In this document: positions 1 to 9,887 of the stretch, piece after piece | Position numbering within the stretch: the first letter of the stretch is position 1 | Layout of the letters: every line of letters starts with the position of its first letter | From: a virus | Reading direction: 5' to 3' (one strand) | Virus record (IMG/VR): IMGVR_UViG_3300032770_000013 | Location: 1 to 64,000 of that record | Length of the DNA: 64,000 bases | Notes under the pieces: model-generated | Database searches by the model: none | What the model was told of the DNA's origin: nothing | What the model saw: the letters and a program-made list of their open reading frames with translations, nothing else | Program-made: the position numbers and the translations under genes

Positions 1-76
1 GCGCCGATATAGCGCTTGCCGTTTATTTTGTTGGTTGCCATATAGACAGTGAAAGTGTGTTCTGTCACAATACAAC

Positions 77-757
77 CTATGCGCGAAAATAGTTCTGCAA
101 CCCAGGAGTGATATACATGGGCGATGACTCCGTCTGCTTGCAGGCGGTAGCGTAAGCTTCCTTTGCGTCAACTTTACGCTTGTCCTCGAGCGCAGGAGCG
201 TGATGGCGCGACAAGCGATAGGCGAGTTCTGCAACGTAGGCGTCCAGCCAGAAATATGGGATTGCCGCATTGCCCCCTTGCTGTGGCGTCGCGTCTTGGA
301 TCTGTTGGTAGTAGTAATATGTCATGACATAAGTGGCATTCGCATCCGGCACCGGCCACAGCATCAGCGTCTGCGTCAACAAACGATTATTCCAAAACGA
401 CGTCGGATAGCCTTCTTGGTTCGGCTCCGCGAGTGAAGCGTAGTCCGTGCGACTGAACGGGAAAAGCAAGCGATTGAAAGAGCCATTAACCGTTATGTAG
501 ACGTCCAAAACTGCGATCGCGTTGGCCGGCACGTTGTAGGTGGCTACGCCGGCAGAAAGCGGCTGCTGATACTCCGTTACCGTCCACCACGTAATCCCAT
601 CCGCCCCCCAGAAGGATTGCAGCAAATTCATCTCGAGGAACGCATTCTCGTGATGCTGTGGGGTCAACTCCGTCCTAGCGATTTGGCAACGGGAGAAAGC
701 GGCTAGGGTAAGAGAGCCTAGGGATGGTGAAAAGTTATAGGTGCCGCTGTTTGCCAT
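77..757 (-). CDS. Putative head-tail adaptor / tail tubular protein
   Basis: 226 aa; resembles podovirus adaptor proteins (LWPVPD...Y motif); structural gene context. Confidence 0.6.
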   Translation of the reverse strand: MANSGTYNFSPSLGSLTLAAFSRCQIARTELTPQHHENAFLEMNLLQSFWGADGITWWTVTEYQQPLSAGVATYNVPANAIAVLDVYITVNGSFNRLLFPFSRTDYASLAEPNQEGYPTSFWNNRLLTQTLMLWPVPDANATYVMTYYYYQQIQDATPQQGGNAAIPYFWLDAYVAELAYRLSRHHAPALEDKRKVDAKEAYATACKQTESSPMYITPGLQNYFRA

Positions 758-781
758 TGGGCTATTGTATCACAATACTCA

Positions 782-2221
782 TCAGCAACCACCTCCGGTG
801 CCGGCGTAGATCTCGTGGGTTGATGTGTCGATGCACATCGGCTGCTTGCCGGTTGGAGTTGTAGCTAGACTGGGAGCAAAAAGGTGACCTGACGTATCAA
901 TGTTCAAGCCAATGTTGCCATTGCCTTCAAGCCACATTCCAGCAGCAGCATTAATTGTGAAAGAATTTACTCCGTTACCGTTGGCGTTATTCGATCCATT
1001 CAACGCCATTGCCGCCTCAGAAACTGACGTGTTATTGCCAAATTGCAATCGTGTCGTTGCCGTAGAAGCCGAACTCGTTGAAGTATTTTGAAATGAAAAA
1101 TAGGTTCCCGCAGTCAATGCTGTCTCATAATACAGGCCGCCTTGAGCAAACTCGAAAGGCGTGCCATTGGCCGCAATCGTTGGGGTATTAGCCGCTTCCA
1201 GATATATGCCATTCGTCGGAGCGGTGCTGCTCGTTGGGATAAACGACCCGCCTGTTACGACGCCTGCGCCAGTAACGGAAAAATTAGCGTCTTTGAGAAA
1301 ATATCCCGAAATGGTATAGGCGGAGAGATCAATGCCAGTCGCAATCGTTTCCGAAATGCCGTCCGTGCAGACCACACAGCCGGTTGTAAGCAATGGTGCT
1401 GCGCCATTGACATTCTTCGCCAGCAACAGCGCCGTTCCCCAAGAAGCTGTGTTGCCAGATGCGGTCCCAACTTGCAGCGCGGCGTCGTTAACGGAACCAT
1501 TGACTTGACCCCATGCAACCAAACTCAAACCAAGCCGGTTGTTCATTGAAGAACCGGTCGCAGCAACTGCATCAATTTCGGCACCTTCGCAGGCGTACCA
1601 ATAGGTAGCGCCGTTATTGCAACGAACCACGATGTTTGCACCGAACGCCGAACCTTTGGCACTAGAGATCGTACCGTTGTCGCCCGAAGTGACCGTCATT
1701 TGGAGAACGCCACCGACGTAATTCCTGTTGGTGTTGCTAGGACTGGTTGGTGCATTAAAAGTCCCAGCCACATCCAGAACTTCGGCTACGCCAGTTTTTG
1801 TCGATCCGCCAATTCCTTCCTTGAAAAGCCAACCGATGTACGCGATTGGAGCGGCGATAGCATCTTGCGTAATCGTAAATGTGTTATACCCGCCATCAGC
1901 ACTGGACGCGCTTGATCCGGGTTGGAGTGTGCATATTCCATTAAAGGCAGGCGTACAGCCGCCGATGGACAAGCCGCTATCCGTCCATGTCGATCCATCT
2001 GGCATCGTCACCGTGCCGGTAAAGGTTGGCGAAGCAGAGGTGGAAAAATATGAAGCCAATACTTTCGCTGAAGCTCCGTTATGCAGCAGATACAGATAAT
2101 CCGAACTCAATGGGGATTGAACCGGGAGTCCATTCACATAATTGGAGAATGTCTCCTGTGCTGCTGCCGGGAGGGAAAGCAGGAGAAGAATTATGGCGGC
2201 TGAGATTGATTTGAGATTCAT
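782..2221 (-). CDS. Tail fibre/spike-like protein with N-terminal signal-like peptide
   Basis: 479 aa, G/S/T/N-rich, hydrophobic N-terminus. Confidence 0.5.
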   Translation of the reverse strand: MNLKSISAAIILLLLSLPAAAQETFSNYVNGLPVQSPLSSDYLYLLHNGASAKVLASYFSTSASPTFTGTVTMPDGSTWTDSGLSIGGCTPAFNGICTLQPGSSASSADGGYNTFTITQDAIAAPIAYIGWLFKEGIGGSTKTGVAEVLDVAGTFNAPTSPSNTNRNYVGGVLQMTVTSGDNGTISSAKGSAFGANIVVRCNNGATYWYACEGAEIDAVAATGSSMNNRLGLSLVAWGQVNGSVNDAALQVGTASGNTASWGTALLLAKNVNGAAPLLTTGCVVCTDGISETIATGIDLSAYTISGYFLKDANFSVTGAGVVTGGSFIPTSSTAPTNGIYLEAANTPTIAANGTPFEFAQGGLYYETALTAGTYFSFQNTSTSSASTATTRLQFGNNTSVSEAAMALNGSNNANGNGVNSFTINAAAGMWLEGNGNIGLNIDTSGHLFAPSLATTPTGKQPMCIDTSTHEIYAGTGGGC

Positions 2222-2290
2222 TTATGCCGCCTCATTCAAAAACGCCGGGCCGTCGTTGTCGTTGGCTGGGTTGAGGTCGCGGGCGGTCAT

Positions 2291-3760
2291 CTAGTTACAC
2301 GCCGATCCAGTCACGGCGCTGATATTGCCGCTATAGGTCAGATTGGTCCCACCGCCATTATGATACCACGATGTAGCTCCGCCAGAACTATCCAAGAAAT
2401 TCGTGAGAAAAGTTACGTTAGAGAGCGCACCGCCTTCCTGTTGGCCATCATACATAGCTGCTATCGCGGTATAAGTATTTCCGCCGCCGCCACATGACCC
2501 ATTCGGTCCTGGCATGAGAACGACATTATGATCCCAAGTCGTTCCATCAATGCTAGTCGTGTCTGCCTGTGGCGCAGCCAGCGCCGTTGGATTGGCGTAG
2601 TTCCCACCTGGACAATGGGTCGAATCGGCATCGACCGTGCAATGAAACGGATTCCAGAAAGTGTTAAATTCTGAAGTGTAGTTTACAGTACCATTCGATC
2701 CATAGAAGTACTGGCTCTCGCCGTGAGCGCATGGGCCGTGTGGGTTATTGGTCTGGCAATTCCCGATAGTGTCGTAGAGATTAAACTTTTCAACAATCGT
2801 TCCGCCGCCAGTCGTGCCGTAGAGTTGCCAACACTTGCTGTCTTGCTGATAGCAATAATTATATTCAAAGGTCAGCGAGGTTATTGGCCCACAGCAAAGC
2901 GAGCCATTCGGACCGCAGGTTGTTGAACCATCGCCGCATTGACCGCCGGGGCTGCCGATACCGCCAAGCACGGCACCGCCATTGAAGTCGTTAAACTTGA
3001 CAGTCCCGGAAGTACTGCTGTTGAGAGTCACGCTTTGACTATCTGAGGCAGGATCGCAAAATGAATTATTGCTGACTACATATCCAGTCACGCTACTTGA
3101 AATCACGAGCGTTGCGCTATGAGAGCAAAAGTCAAAGCCATTGAGCGTCACGTTGTTGCTGCCGATCGTGACCGTGGAACCCGAGACAGTAGCGCCTGAC
3201 GGCAGATTTCCTTGAATGGTGGGATCCTTCAGCGTCAATGTCCGATCATAACCGACCGGATAATCGACGCCTGGCATGTTCCATGTCGTTGAGGCGTTGT
3301 GCGGCGTTTGCTGGTAAACGACTGCGTGCATACTACCATTGGTGCCACCGGACGCTCCGGCAGGGATCGAGATCGTCGGGACCGACGTGCAGCCCGCACC
3401 GGGATTGCTGATAGTGTACGTGACGCCTGCTGCGCCACCGAGATAGCCGCTGGTGACCGTAACGGTACCCGATGCGTTGACTGAACAACCGCCGCCGCTT
3501 GAGGTCCAGGTGTATGGGCCCCCGCTGGTATAGCCGGAGCCAGTGAGGATCACGACAGAAACCACAGTCTGCGGCGTCAATATAGTCGTTCGTGGCGTTA
3601 TTCCACTTACCTGCGCACCCAAACACCCGTCAGAGAGCGCCGTGCCGAAAAGACACGAAGTCGGAACGGACGCATTGTTCAGCCCGAAGCTGACAAAAGC
3701 CGCATTCGCGTAACCGAGCCACATTCCGGCCAGCAAGATCCCGGCGATCAGTCTCAACAT
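2291..3760 (-). CDS. Beta-helix-like, Cys/Gly-rich structural or secreted protein
   Basis: 489 aa, signal-like N-terminus, beta-helix-like repeats. Confidence 0.5.
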   Translation of the reverse strand: MLRLIAGILLAGMWLGYANAAFVSFGLNNASVPTSCLFGTALSDGCLGAQVSGITPRTTILTPQTVVSVVILTGSGYTSGGPYTWTSSGGGCSVNASGTVTVTSGYLGGAAGVTYTISNPGAGCTSVPTISIPAGASGGTNGSMHAVVYQQTPHNASTTWNMPGVDYPVGYDRTLTLKDPTIQGNLPSGATVSGSTVTIGSNNVTLNGFDFCSHSATLVISSSVTGYVVSNNSFCDPASDSQSVTLNSSTSGTVKFNDFNGGAVLGGIGSPGGQCGDGSTTCGPNGSLCCGPITSLTFEYNYCYQQDSKCWQLYGTTGGGTIVEKFNLYDTIGNCQTNNPHGPCAHGESQYFYGSNGTVNYTSEFNTFWNPFHCTVDADSTHCPGGNYANPTALAAPQADTTSIDGTTWDHNVVLMPGPNGSCGGGGNTYTAIAAMYDGQQEGGALSNVTFLTNFLDSSGGATSWYHNGGGTNLTYSGNISAVTGSACN

Positions 3761-4899
3761 GCGCCGATGCCCAAGAGAGTGAGGGTGTGCGTCGTGCAGC
3801 CACCGCCGCCGGAGGTCGTGTAGATGATGACGATGATGCCCGGTTCTCCAGCGCCGCCGCCACTGGTCAAAACACCGCCTCCGCTAGTACCGCCAGAACC
3901 ACCGCCACCGCCATAGAGGCCGCCACTGCCGCCGTAACCAGGCAGGTCGCTTCCCGCAGCAGCACCACCGCCGCCCCCGCCCCCGCCGGGGCCGCCAGTC
4001 GGCCCAGCGGTCGACGTGTAGTCCGCGCCGGGGCCACCATTGCCACCAGGAGGGGGAACGGTCGTGCTGGTGGAGCTGCCTGAGCCTGACCCGCCGCCAC
4101 CGACTGTCCCCGCATTGCCCGCGACACCATCGCCGACTGTCGCGCCACCGCCAGAGCCCGCAGCGTTATTGCCACCTGCTGCGCCGGATGTTGAGGATGC
4201 GGCAGTACCGTTTGCGCCGACCGTCCCTGAACCGCCGCCGCCAGCGCCGCCGCCGCCAGAGCCACCCCAATTTGATGCGCCTGTTGCGCCGCCGTTACCG
4301 CCGTTACCATTCGCGCCGCCCGCAGCACCCCCGCCTGCGCCGTTGATATTGAAGTTCGCCGAGACGCCGCCGGTGCCCCCACTCTTGGTCGTCGTCCCGA
4401 CAGAGGATGCCGCCGCACCGCCCGCGCCGCCAACTGTTACCGTCGTCGAGACTTGACCGCCTTGCGCGCCACAGGAAAGACTCGAACCGTTGCTGACAGC
4501 ATTCGCGAGACTAGTGGCGTTGAACCAGGTATCGTTGCCTTTCGTCCCGGTTCCGGCCGTGACGGTGCTCTGACCGGTCGGACCGGCAGTCCCTCCCGCA
4601 CCAACACCGACGTTGACGTTTGCACCAATGCCGCCGAGCGTCGCAGCGGATATGTTGCTGATCGAGGCAAACGCACCCCCGCCGCCGCCCGGCAGTGATG
4701 TGCCGCCAGCGAATGAAGTGCCACCGCCGCCGCCAGCGCCGCCGGCGATACAGATGATCGTATTCGTGCTCGACCAATCGCTCGGGACTGCCCAAGTGCT
4801 CGATCCGGTAGCCGTGATGAAAATAGTCTTGACGGTCGCAAAGCACGGCGACGCAAACAGCCAGCAACCGAGAAGCGCGAGAAAAAGTCTACGGCGCAT
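3754..4899 (-). CDS. Glycine-rich phage protein
   Basis: 381 aa, GGGG/GAGG repeats, C-terminal LLGIG. Confidence 0.6.
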   Translation of the reverse strand: MRRRLFLALLGCWLFASPCFATVKTIFITATGSSTWAVPSDWSSTNTIICIAGGAGGGGGTSFAGGTSLPGGGGGAFASISNISAATLGGIGANVNVGVGAGGTAGPTGQSTVTAGTGTKGNDTWFNATSLANAVSNGSSLSCGAQGGQVSTTVTVGGAGGAAASSVGTTTKSGGTGGVSANFNINGAGGGAAGGANGNGGNGGATGASNWGGSGGGGAGGGGSGTVGANGTAASSTSGAAGGNNAAGSGGGATVGDGVAGNAGTVGGGGSGSGSSTSTTVPPPGGNGGPGADYTSTAGPTGGPGGGGGGGGAAAGSDLPGYGGSGGLYGGGGGSGGTSGGGVLTSGGGAGEPGIIVIIYTTSGGGGCTTHTLTLLGIGAC

Positions 4900-4900
4900 T

Positions 4901-7117
4901 TTAGTTCGCCGACGAATGCCCGGAGGCGTTGCAGATTACGCTCGCGCCGGTCGTCACATCTGCGGCGTAGAGCCCGTTGCCTGCTGTGGTCCACGTCAGC
5001 GCGTCGACGTCGCTTTCGGTATCGCCGCCACCGGCGGGGGCGATCAGCGTCATCAGGGTCGTGCCGCCACTGCCGTCTTGGATGCTGACCAGCGTAGCGG
5101 TGCCGCTGGAATTATTGCAACTGATGTGAGTCGGGTAGATGTGCTGGGAGGAAACAGCCGCAATGAGCTGCGTGCTCGACGTTCCCGTCATCGCCGCCGT
5201 GGTGCCCTTGACCAGCGTGTGGCTCAGGATCGAGCCGGGGGCGCCGATTGCTCGGCCTTGGTTGTCATATTGCGCGGCGGTTTGCTGGCCGTTAGTCGGC
5301 GACGGCAGTGTGGAGTTGTAGACACCCCCATCAAGGATCGAATCCGCCGCTGCCGTGCCCGCCGCTTTCGTTCCAGTAAGATTGGTCAGATCGACCACGG
5401 CACCGGAGGCAAGAGAACCGGAGGCATAAGCACCGGACGAGACGGCGCCCGAGGCAAAGGCACCGGATGCCACTGCGCCGCTGGCAATCGCTCCAGAAGC
5501 AATCGAAGCACTCGCCGCCTTGATCGCAACGGCGCCCTGGTCACTCGCGATGACGACAGGAGAGCTATTTGCACTCGTTGCAGACCCATTAGCATTCGAA
5601 TTGGTGACATACGCATTGACCGCAGGAACCGCAATTGCGCTCGGTGCCGTACCATAGTTCGAGGTCGCCGACCACGCGACCATGTTGGTGCCGTTGGTCA
5701 AGCCGATGGCGGTGCCGGTCGAGGGGAAGGCCGACCCGAAGCTTGACGACGTGCCGCCAGAACCCCCGCCCGCCTTTACGTTGACCTCAAGATAACCGGC
5801 CGAATCGGTCTGCAACGCAACGCTCTGGCCGTTCGAGGGCGTGACGCCACCGGAATTGTAGACGCCGCCGGCGACCTGCATATTCGTGGGGGCACTTCCA
5901 GCCGCGACGGTGGCAATGCCCCAGGTCGAGATCGTATTCGGATCGACCTTGCCAATGGCAGTCGAGCCGCTCGCTTGTAACGTCGCTTGCACGGCAAGCG
6001 TGCCAGTTCCGACGATGACAGGGTGACCGCTGGAATCGGTGGAGATATTGCGAACGTCCGTGCCGTCAGAGCCGCCGATGAGAACGGGATTGTTGCCGAT
6101 CGCCGATCCGCTGGCTACCTCGCCCGCGACTTGGAGCGCGCCGTTGCCATCAACGTGGGCCATAGCAACGGTGCCGCCCGAGTAGAAGCCAACGGCGAGC
6201 ATATTCGTCGGAATCGCGCTGCTTGTGAGGCCCCAAGTCGCGATGGTGTTTGGATCGACTTTGCCGATGGCGGTGGAACCGCTCGCCTGCAATGTAGCCT
6301 GCACGGCAAATGTACCAGTGCCGACCACAACGGCCTGACCAGACGAATTGGTCGCAAGTGAGCGCGCATCCGTTCCATCCGAACCCGCGATCAGAACCGG
6401 ATTACCTGCAAGTGCAGATCCGCTCGCAGCGGCGCCGGTCGCCAGCACATACCCAAGCCCGCTCGCAACCTTCCAGTTATCCACATTCCCAGATGCCGTG
6501 CCATCAACCGTGCCGCCCATCAGTACCGGAGGATTGGCCGCCGCCGTACCAGCGGCAGTCGGACCATAGACCGCGCCGCCGCCGCCAGATCCACCACCAC
6601 CGCCACCGGCACCAGTAGCCAAGCCGGTGCCACCTGACATCACCACCACATTCGAGGCCGAATCCCCGGCCTGGTTAATGCAATTCAGGTAAGTATTGGA
6701 GCCAACCGTAAAGGCAAACCATGAACTCGGCTGAATGACATCTTCATTGGCAACTGCGGTTCCAGACCCAACCGTCAGCTTGCACGATACCGCCGTAGTG
6801 CCGGTGTTGTAAGCAACAACAACCGCAGGAGATCCGCTCGGTAACGCATGACTGGCCGAGGCGGCACCGGAAGTCACCGTCGCGTAATTGCTCGAGGGAG
6901 CAAACCCACTGACCGAGGCCGAAACCGTAGCGTTGACGCAGAGCTTCCCGTTCGTATCGATCGTTACCGAGCCATAGGATCCGGCCGCATAGGTCGTAGC
7001 GGGACTGCCGCAGGAAGAAAGGATAAATCCCTGCGCTGCTCCCTGCGCAGAGGCACCTCCCATGGAGGCGAGAAGGCCGGCAATAACGAAAGAGAGAGCG
7101 GCAAAAATCCGGATCAT
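4901..7117 (-). CDS. Large A/G/S-rich structural protein with internal repeats
   Basis: 738 aa; duplicated NPVLIxGSDGTD...VQATLQASGSTAIGKVDPNTI unit. Confidence 0.55.
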   Translation of the reverse strand: MIRIFAALSFVIAGLLASMGGASAQGAAQGFILSSCGSPATTYAAGSYGSVTIDTNGKLCVNATVSASVSGFAPSSNYATVTSGAASASHALPSGSPAVVVAYNTGTTAVSCKLTVGSGTAVANEDVIQPSSWFAFTVGSNTYLNCINQAGDSASNVVVMSGGTGLATGAGGGGGGSGGGGAVYGPTAAGTAAANPPVLMGGTVDGTASGNVDNWKVASGLGYVLATGAAASGSALAGNPVLIAGSDGTDARSLATNSSGQAVVVGTGTFAVQATLQASGSTAIGKVDPNTIATWGLTSSAIPTNMLAVGFYSGGTVAMAHVDGNGALQVAGEVASGSAIGNNPVLIGGSDGTDVRNISTDSSGHPVIVGTGTLAVQATLQASGSTAIGKVDPNTISTWGIATVAAGSAPTNMQVAGGVYNSGGVTPSNGQSVALQTDSAGYLEVNVKAGGGSGGTSSSFGSAFPSTGTAIGLTNGTNMVAWSATSNYGTAPSAIAVPAVNAYVTNSNANGSATSANSSPVVIASDQGAVAIKAASASIASGAIASGAVASGAFASGAVSSGAYASGSLASGAVVDLTNLTGTKAAGTAAADSILDGGVYNSTLPSPTNGQQTAAQYDNQGRAIGAPGSILSHTLVKGTTAAMTGTSSTQLIAAVSSQHIYPTHISCNNSSGTATLVSIQDGSGGTTLMTLIAPAGGGDTESDVDALTWTTAGNGLYAADVTTGASVICNASGHSSAN

Positions 7118-7773
7118 CAGCCAGCCCCAGCCTCGAGGAATCTCGTTCGCAACTCTCCGGTTCCGGAGTTAATCAGAAGCCGGACCGCCTTAATCGGCGT
7201 AGTGTATGCCCCATCAATCGTTGCCGCAGCTCCAACAATGATGCTGCTGAACGGCAGCGGGTACAGAAGGCCAGCAACGAGATTATTGGGGTCATCGTAG
7301 GTATGCTGGATCGTGAAGTTTGCCGAACCCGACACGAGCTCGACTGCCACGCCAACATTCATCGGCGAATAACCGCGCCAGTTAAGCGACACCCAAGGTG
7401 AGGATCCGACACCATTCGTTCCCGCAGTCACGCCAGTCAAACCACCGCCGACCGGCGTAATGCTGGTCACGGTCACAAAATCAAGATTTGACTGTGCCGT
7501 ACCGCTACTGCCGATCGCGACGTCAGCAATCGGAGCGCCGCCGGCATTCGTACCGACAATCGTAAAATTGGTATCCGTGCCGGTATAGGAAATCGTGACC
7601 CGGCGCCCGATTGCGGAGTTAGCCGCAGTCGCCGTGTCAATCGTGGCTACACCGCTGGTGACCGCAGCGCCATTTAGCGTCAGCGGCGTGCCGGCACTGC
7701 CAGACTGGCTTGTGCAGATATTGTCAGAAGAAGCCGCCCCAAGCTGCTTGGTGAACGTCGTGCTTACACCCAC
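7117..7773 (-). CDS. Virion structural protein (hypothetical)
   Basis: 218 aa, GTG start, translationally coupled to the next gene. Confidence 0.55.
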   Translation of the reverse strand: MGVSTTFTKQLGAASSDNICTSQSGSAGTPLTLNGAAVTSGVATIDTATAANSAIGRRVTISYTGTDTNFTIVGTNAGGAPIADVAIGSSGTAQSNLDFVTVTSITPVGGGLTGVTAGTNGVGSSPWVSLNWRGYSPMNVGVAVELVSGSANFTIQHTYDDPNNLVAGLLYPLPFSSIIVGAAATIDGAYTTPIKAVRLLINSGTGELRTRFLEAGAG

Positions 7774-7781
7774 CGCTCACC

Positions 7782-8027
7782 TCAGCTGCTCTTGCGTGAT
7801 GGCCGGTCGGCCCTATGCTTCGCCGGCTCGCCCTCGACATGAATGTTCGGAAACTTGCGGCGAACCTTGGCTCTGATCTTGGCCTTGAGTTCCGGAGAAG
7901 CGTGCTGCGAAGCACGCGCAAGCGCATTACGGGCGTGGCTCTCGTCCTCGATTGGATAGGACCGGTCAGGGCCCGCGAAGGCAGAGTTCGGTAATGCGTT
8001 GCGCGTCTTTGCCTTGAGCTTTGCCAC
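7782..8027 (-). CDS. Small basic phage protein
   Basis: RNALPNSAFAGPDRSYPIxDxSHARNALARA motif, recurrent in phage head modules. Confidence 0.6.
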   Translation of the reverse strand: MAKLKAKTRNALPNSAFAGPDRSYPIEDESHARNALARASQHASPELKAKIRAKVRRKFPNIHVEGEPAKHRADRPSRKSS

Positions 8028-8032
8028 TGGCC

Positions 8033-8500
8033 TCAGTCCGAAGGCTCGCCCATTTCAGGTGTTTCTCCTGGCGTGACGTGTTTGACCTTGGCCGCGGTAG
8101 TCAGGGGAGTTTTGTCGGCGCCCATACCCTCGCCGCGGAGACGGCCGCCGCGGGCGCGGTGATGCGTCTTATGCTCATGCTCCACGGTCCCCTCATGCTC
8201 GTGGTGGACGGTTCCGTGATGCTTCACATGACCGCCGCGGGCGCGCTGCACGGCGTCGCCGGCCGCACGTTCATGCTCGTGCTCTTTGTGGTGCTCGACC
8301 TTGCCCCCACGTCGCCGACGATCAGCGCGATGCTTGGAGTGCTCGCCCTCGCCGTGCATATGCTCGGCCGTGCGTCCACCGTGACGACGCTCCTCGGCTT
8401 CCTTGGCCGCATTCTGGCCGCCGCCGGCATTCCAAACCGGCTTGCTGGACAGTCCACCGCCCGCGGCGCGCTTCTTTTCGTGGTGCCTAAGTCTGCTCAT
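8033..8500 (-). CDS. His/Arg-rich protein with RARGG repeats
   Basis: 155 aa ORF with RBS. Confidence 0.6.
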   Translation of the reverse strand: MSRLRHHEKKRAAGGGLSSKPVWNAGGGQNAAKEAEERRHGGRTAEHMHGEGEHSKHRADRRRRGGKVEHHKEHEHERAAGDAVQRARGGHVKHHGTVHHEHEGTVEHEHKTHHRARGGRLRGEGMGADKTPLTTAAKVKHVTPGETPEMGEPSD

Positions 8501-8562
8501 TTCAAAACCTCTTCACCCGGATCCGTGGGCTCGGCCGCGAGATTACCCTGCTCGCGATCAGG

Positions 8563-9882
8563 TTAGACTTGGGTGACTCCAACCAGACCGGCGGTCGTAG
8601 TCATATTGGCCACCAGCGGCGTCCAGAACAGCGTCAGCCGCTTTGTCCCATCGCTCGCCGATGGCGTACCAACCGTACCTCTGACGTCGCCGGTCAAAGC
8701 CGTTGCCGGGCTTGTAGTATCGGCCGCAGTGAACGATCCGCCGGACGAATCCGAGTTCAAGACGGTCAATTCCACAATACCCGAGCCTTCGGTAAACGCC
8801 GTGACGCTCGAGACGGAGAAGCCAATAGTCTGGCCGGCTCCGAAGGTATTGTTGCCCGTGATCGCACTGCCGGTCACCACATGGCCAACCGGCGTGCAAT
8901 TTGCCGAGGTCAGATTGACGATACCACCGGTAACCGCAGAGCCGTTGGCAAACGCCGTGAGTGTTGCCGCCTTGCCGCCGGTCGTAACCGCACTGCCATC
9001 GACACGGAAGTTGATCGACAGCAACGAGCCGTCGAACGGCATATCCACGGCAAACGTCTGACCGTTGGCAAGCGTCGCCAGCGAAACCGGAACCTCGACT
9101 ACGCTCTCGCCGCCGCTCAAGCCACCAGTTACCAGTTCCTGCGGGTTGCCCCACCAGGTCTGGAGATAGGAAGCGCGATCGGTTCGCAGCGGAATGCCAT
9201 AAGTGTCGGTCGTGCCGACGGTGATATTCGATCCACTCAGCGTGCCGGCCGGCGTGATCGACGCGATGTACTTGAAAGCTTTCTTCGTCACCGCAGCTGC
9301 AATGTTTCCACCCGTGACGGTCTGCGTCATCGGATAGAAATACTCGTCATAGCCAGCGACCACGAACGTTCCGCTGCTGTCATTGCCTGCGCTGACGATC
9401 TGAATGGCCCGCGCAATAGCCCATGCCGGATTCCAAAGCCTTTGTGACCCGCCACTGCCATTACCGCCGCTGCCAAAAGTGACCACAGGCTGCGGACTAG
9501 TCGCGGAATTAACGTCAATGCCGAGAAGGCCGGTAACAACCTGACCGGTATCGGCCCGGGTGATTGAGCAGCCAACCGTAATGCCGCTCCCAGACGATGA
9601 CACCAAAGTCAATGGCGTCGCCGCAACTGGAACCTGCGATGCCGCAATGTTCGACACGCTAATCGCAGATGGAACTTGGTCAATCAGCGGAATAGCGGTC
9701 GAGGTGTACCATCCATAGTTCGGTTGGTCAGCGCGTTGGCCAGGCTGATAGGTGTATGGCGCCCGAGGATCGAGCAGCATATCACCTTGATACCAGGCAT
9801 TAGGACCAGCCTGCGGATTGGAATCCGAAGTCTGTGCTTGTCCGAATGTAACCTGCGGGCCCTGTTCTGCGGTAACGCCCAT
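8563..9882 (-). CDS. Virion structural protein downstream of the capsid gene
   Basis: 439 aa; position and composition. Confidence 0.55.
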   Translation of the reverse strand: MGVTAEQGPQVTFGQAQTSDSNPQAGPNAWYQGDMLLDPRAPYTYQPGQRADQPNYGWYTSTAIPLIDQVPSAISVSNIAASQVPVAATPLTLVSSSGSGITVGCSITRADTGQVVTGLLGIDVNSATSPQPVVTFGSGGNGSGGSQRLWNPAWAIARAIQIVSAGNDSSGTFVVAGYDEYFYPMTQTVTGGNIAAAVTKKAFKYIASITPAGTLSGSNITVGTTDTYGIPLRTDRASYLQTWWGNPQELVTGGLSGGESVVEVPVSLATLANGQTFAVDMPFDGSLLSINFRVDGSAVTTGGKAATLTAFANGSAVTGGIVNLTSANCTPVGHVVTGSAITGNNTFGAGQTIGFSVSSVTAFTEGSGIVELTVLNSDSSGGSFTAADTTSPATALTGDVRGTVGTPSASDGTKRLTLFWTPLVANMTTTAGLVGVTQV

Positions 9883-9887
9883 GTCTG

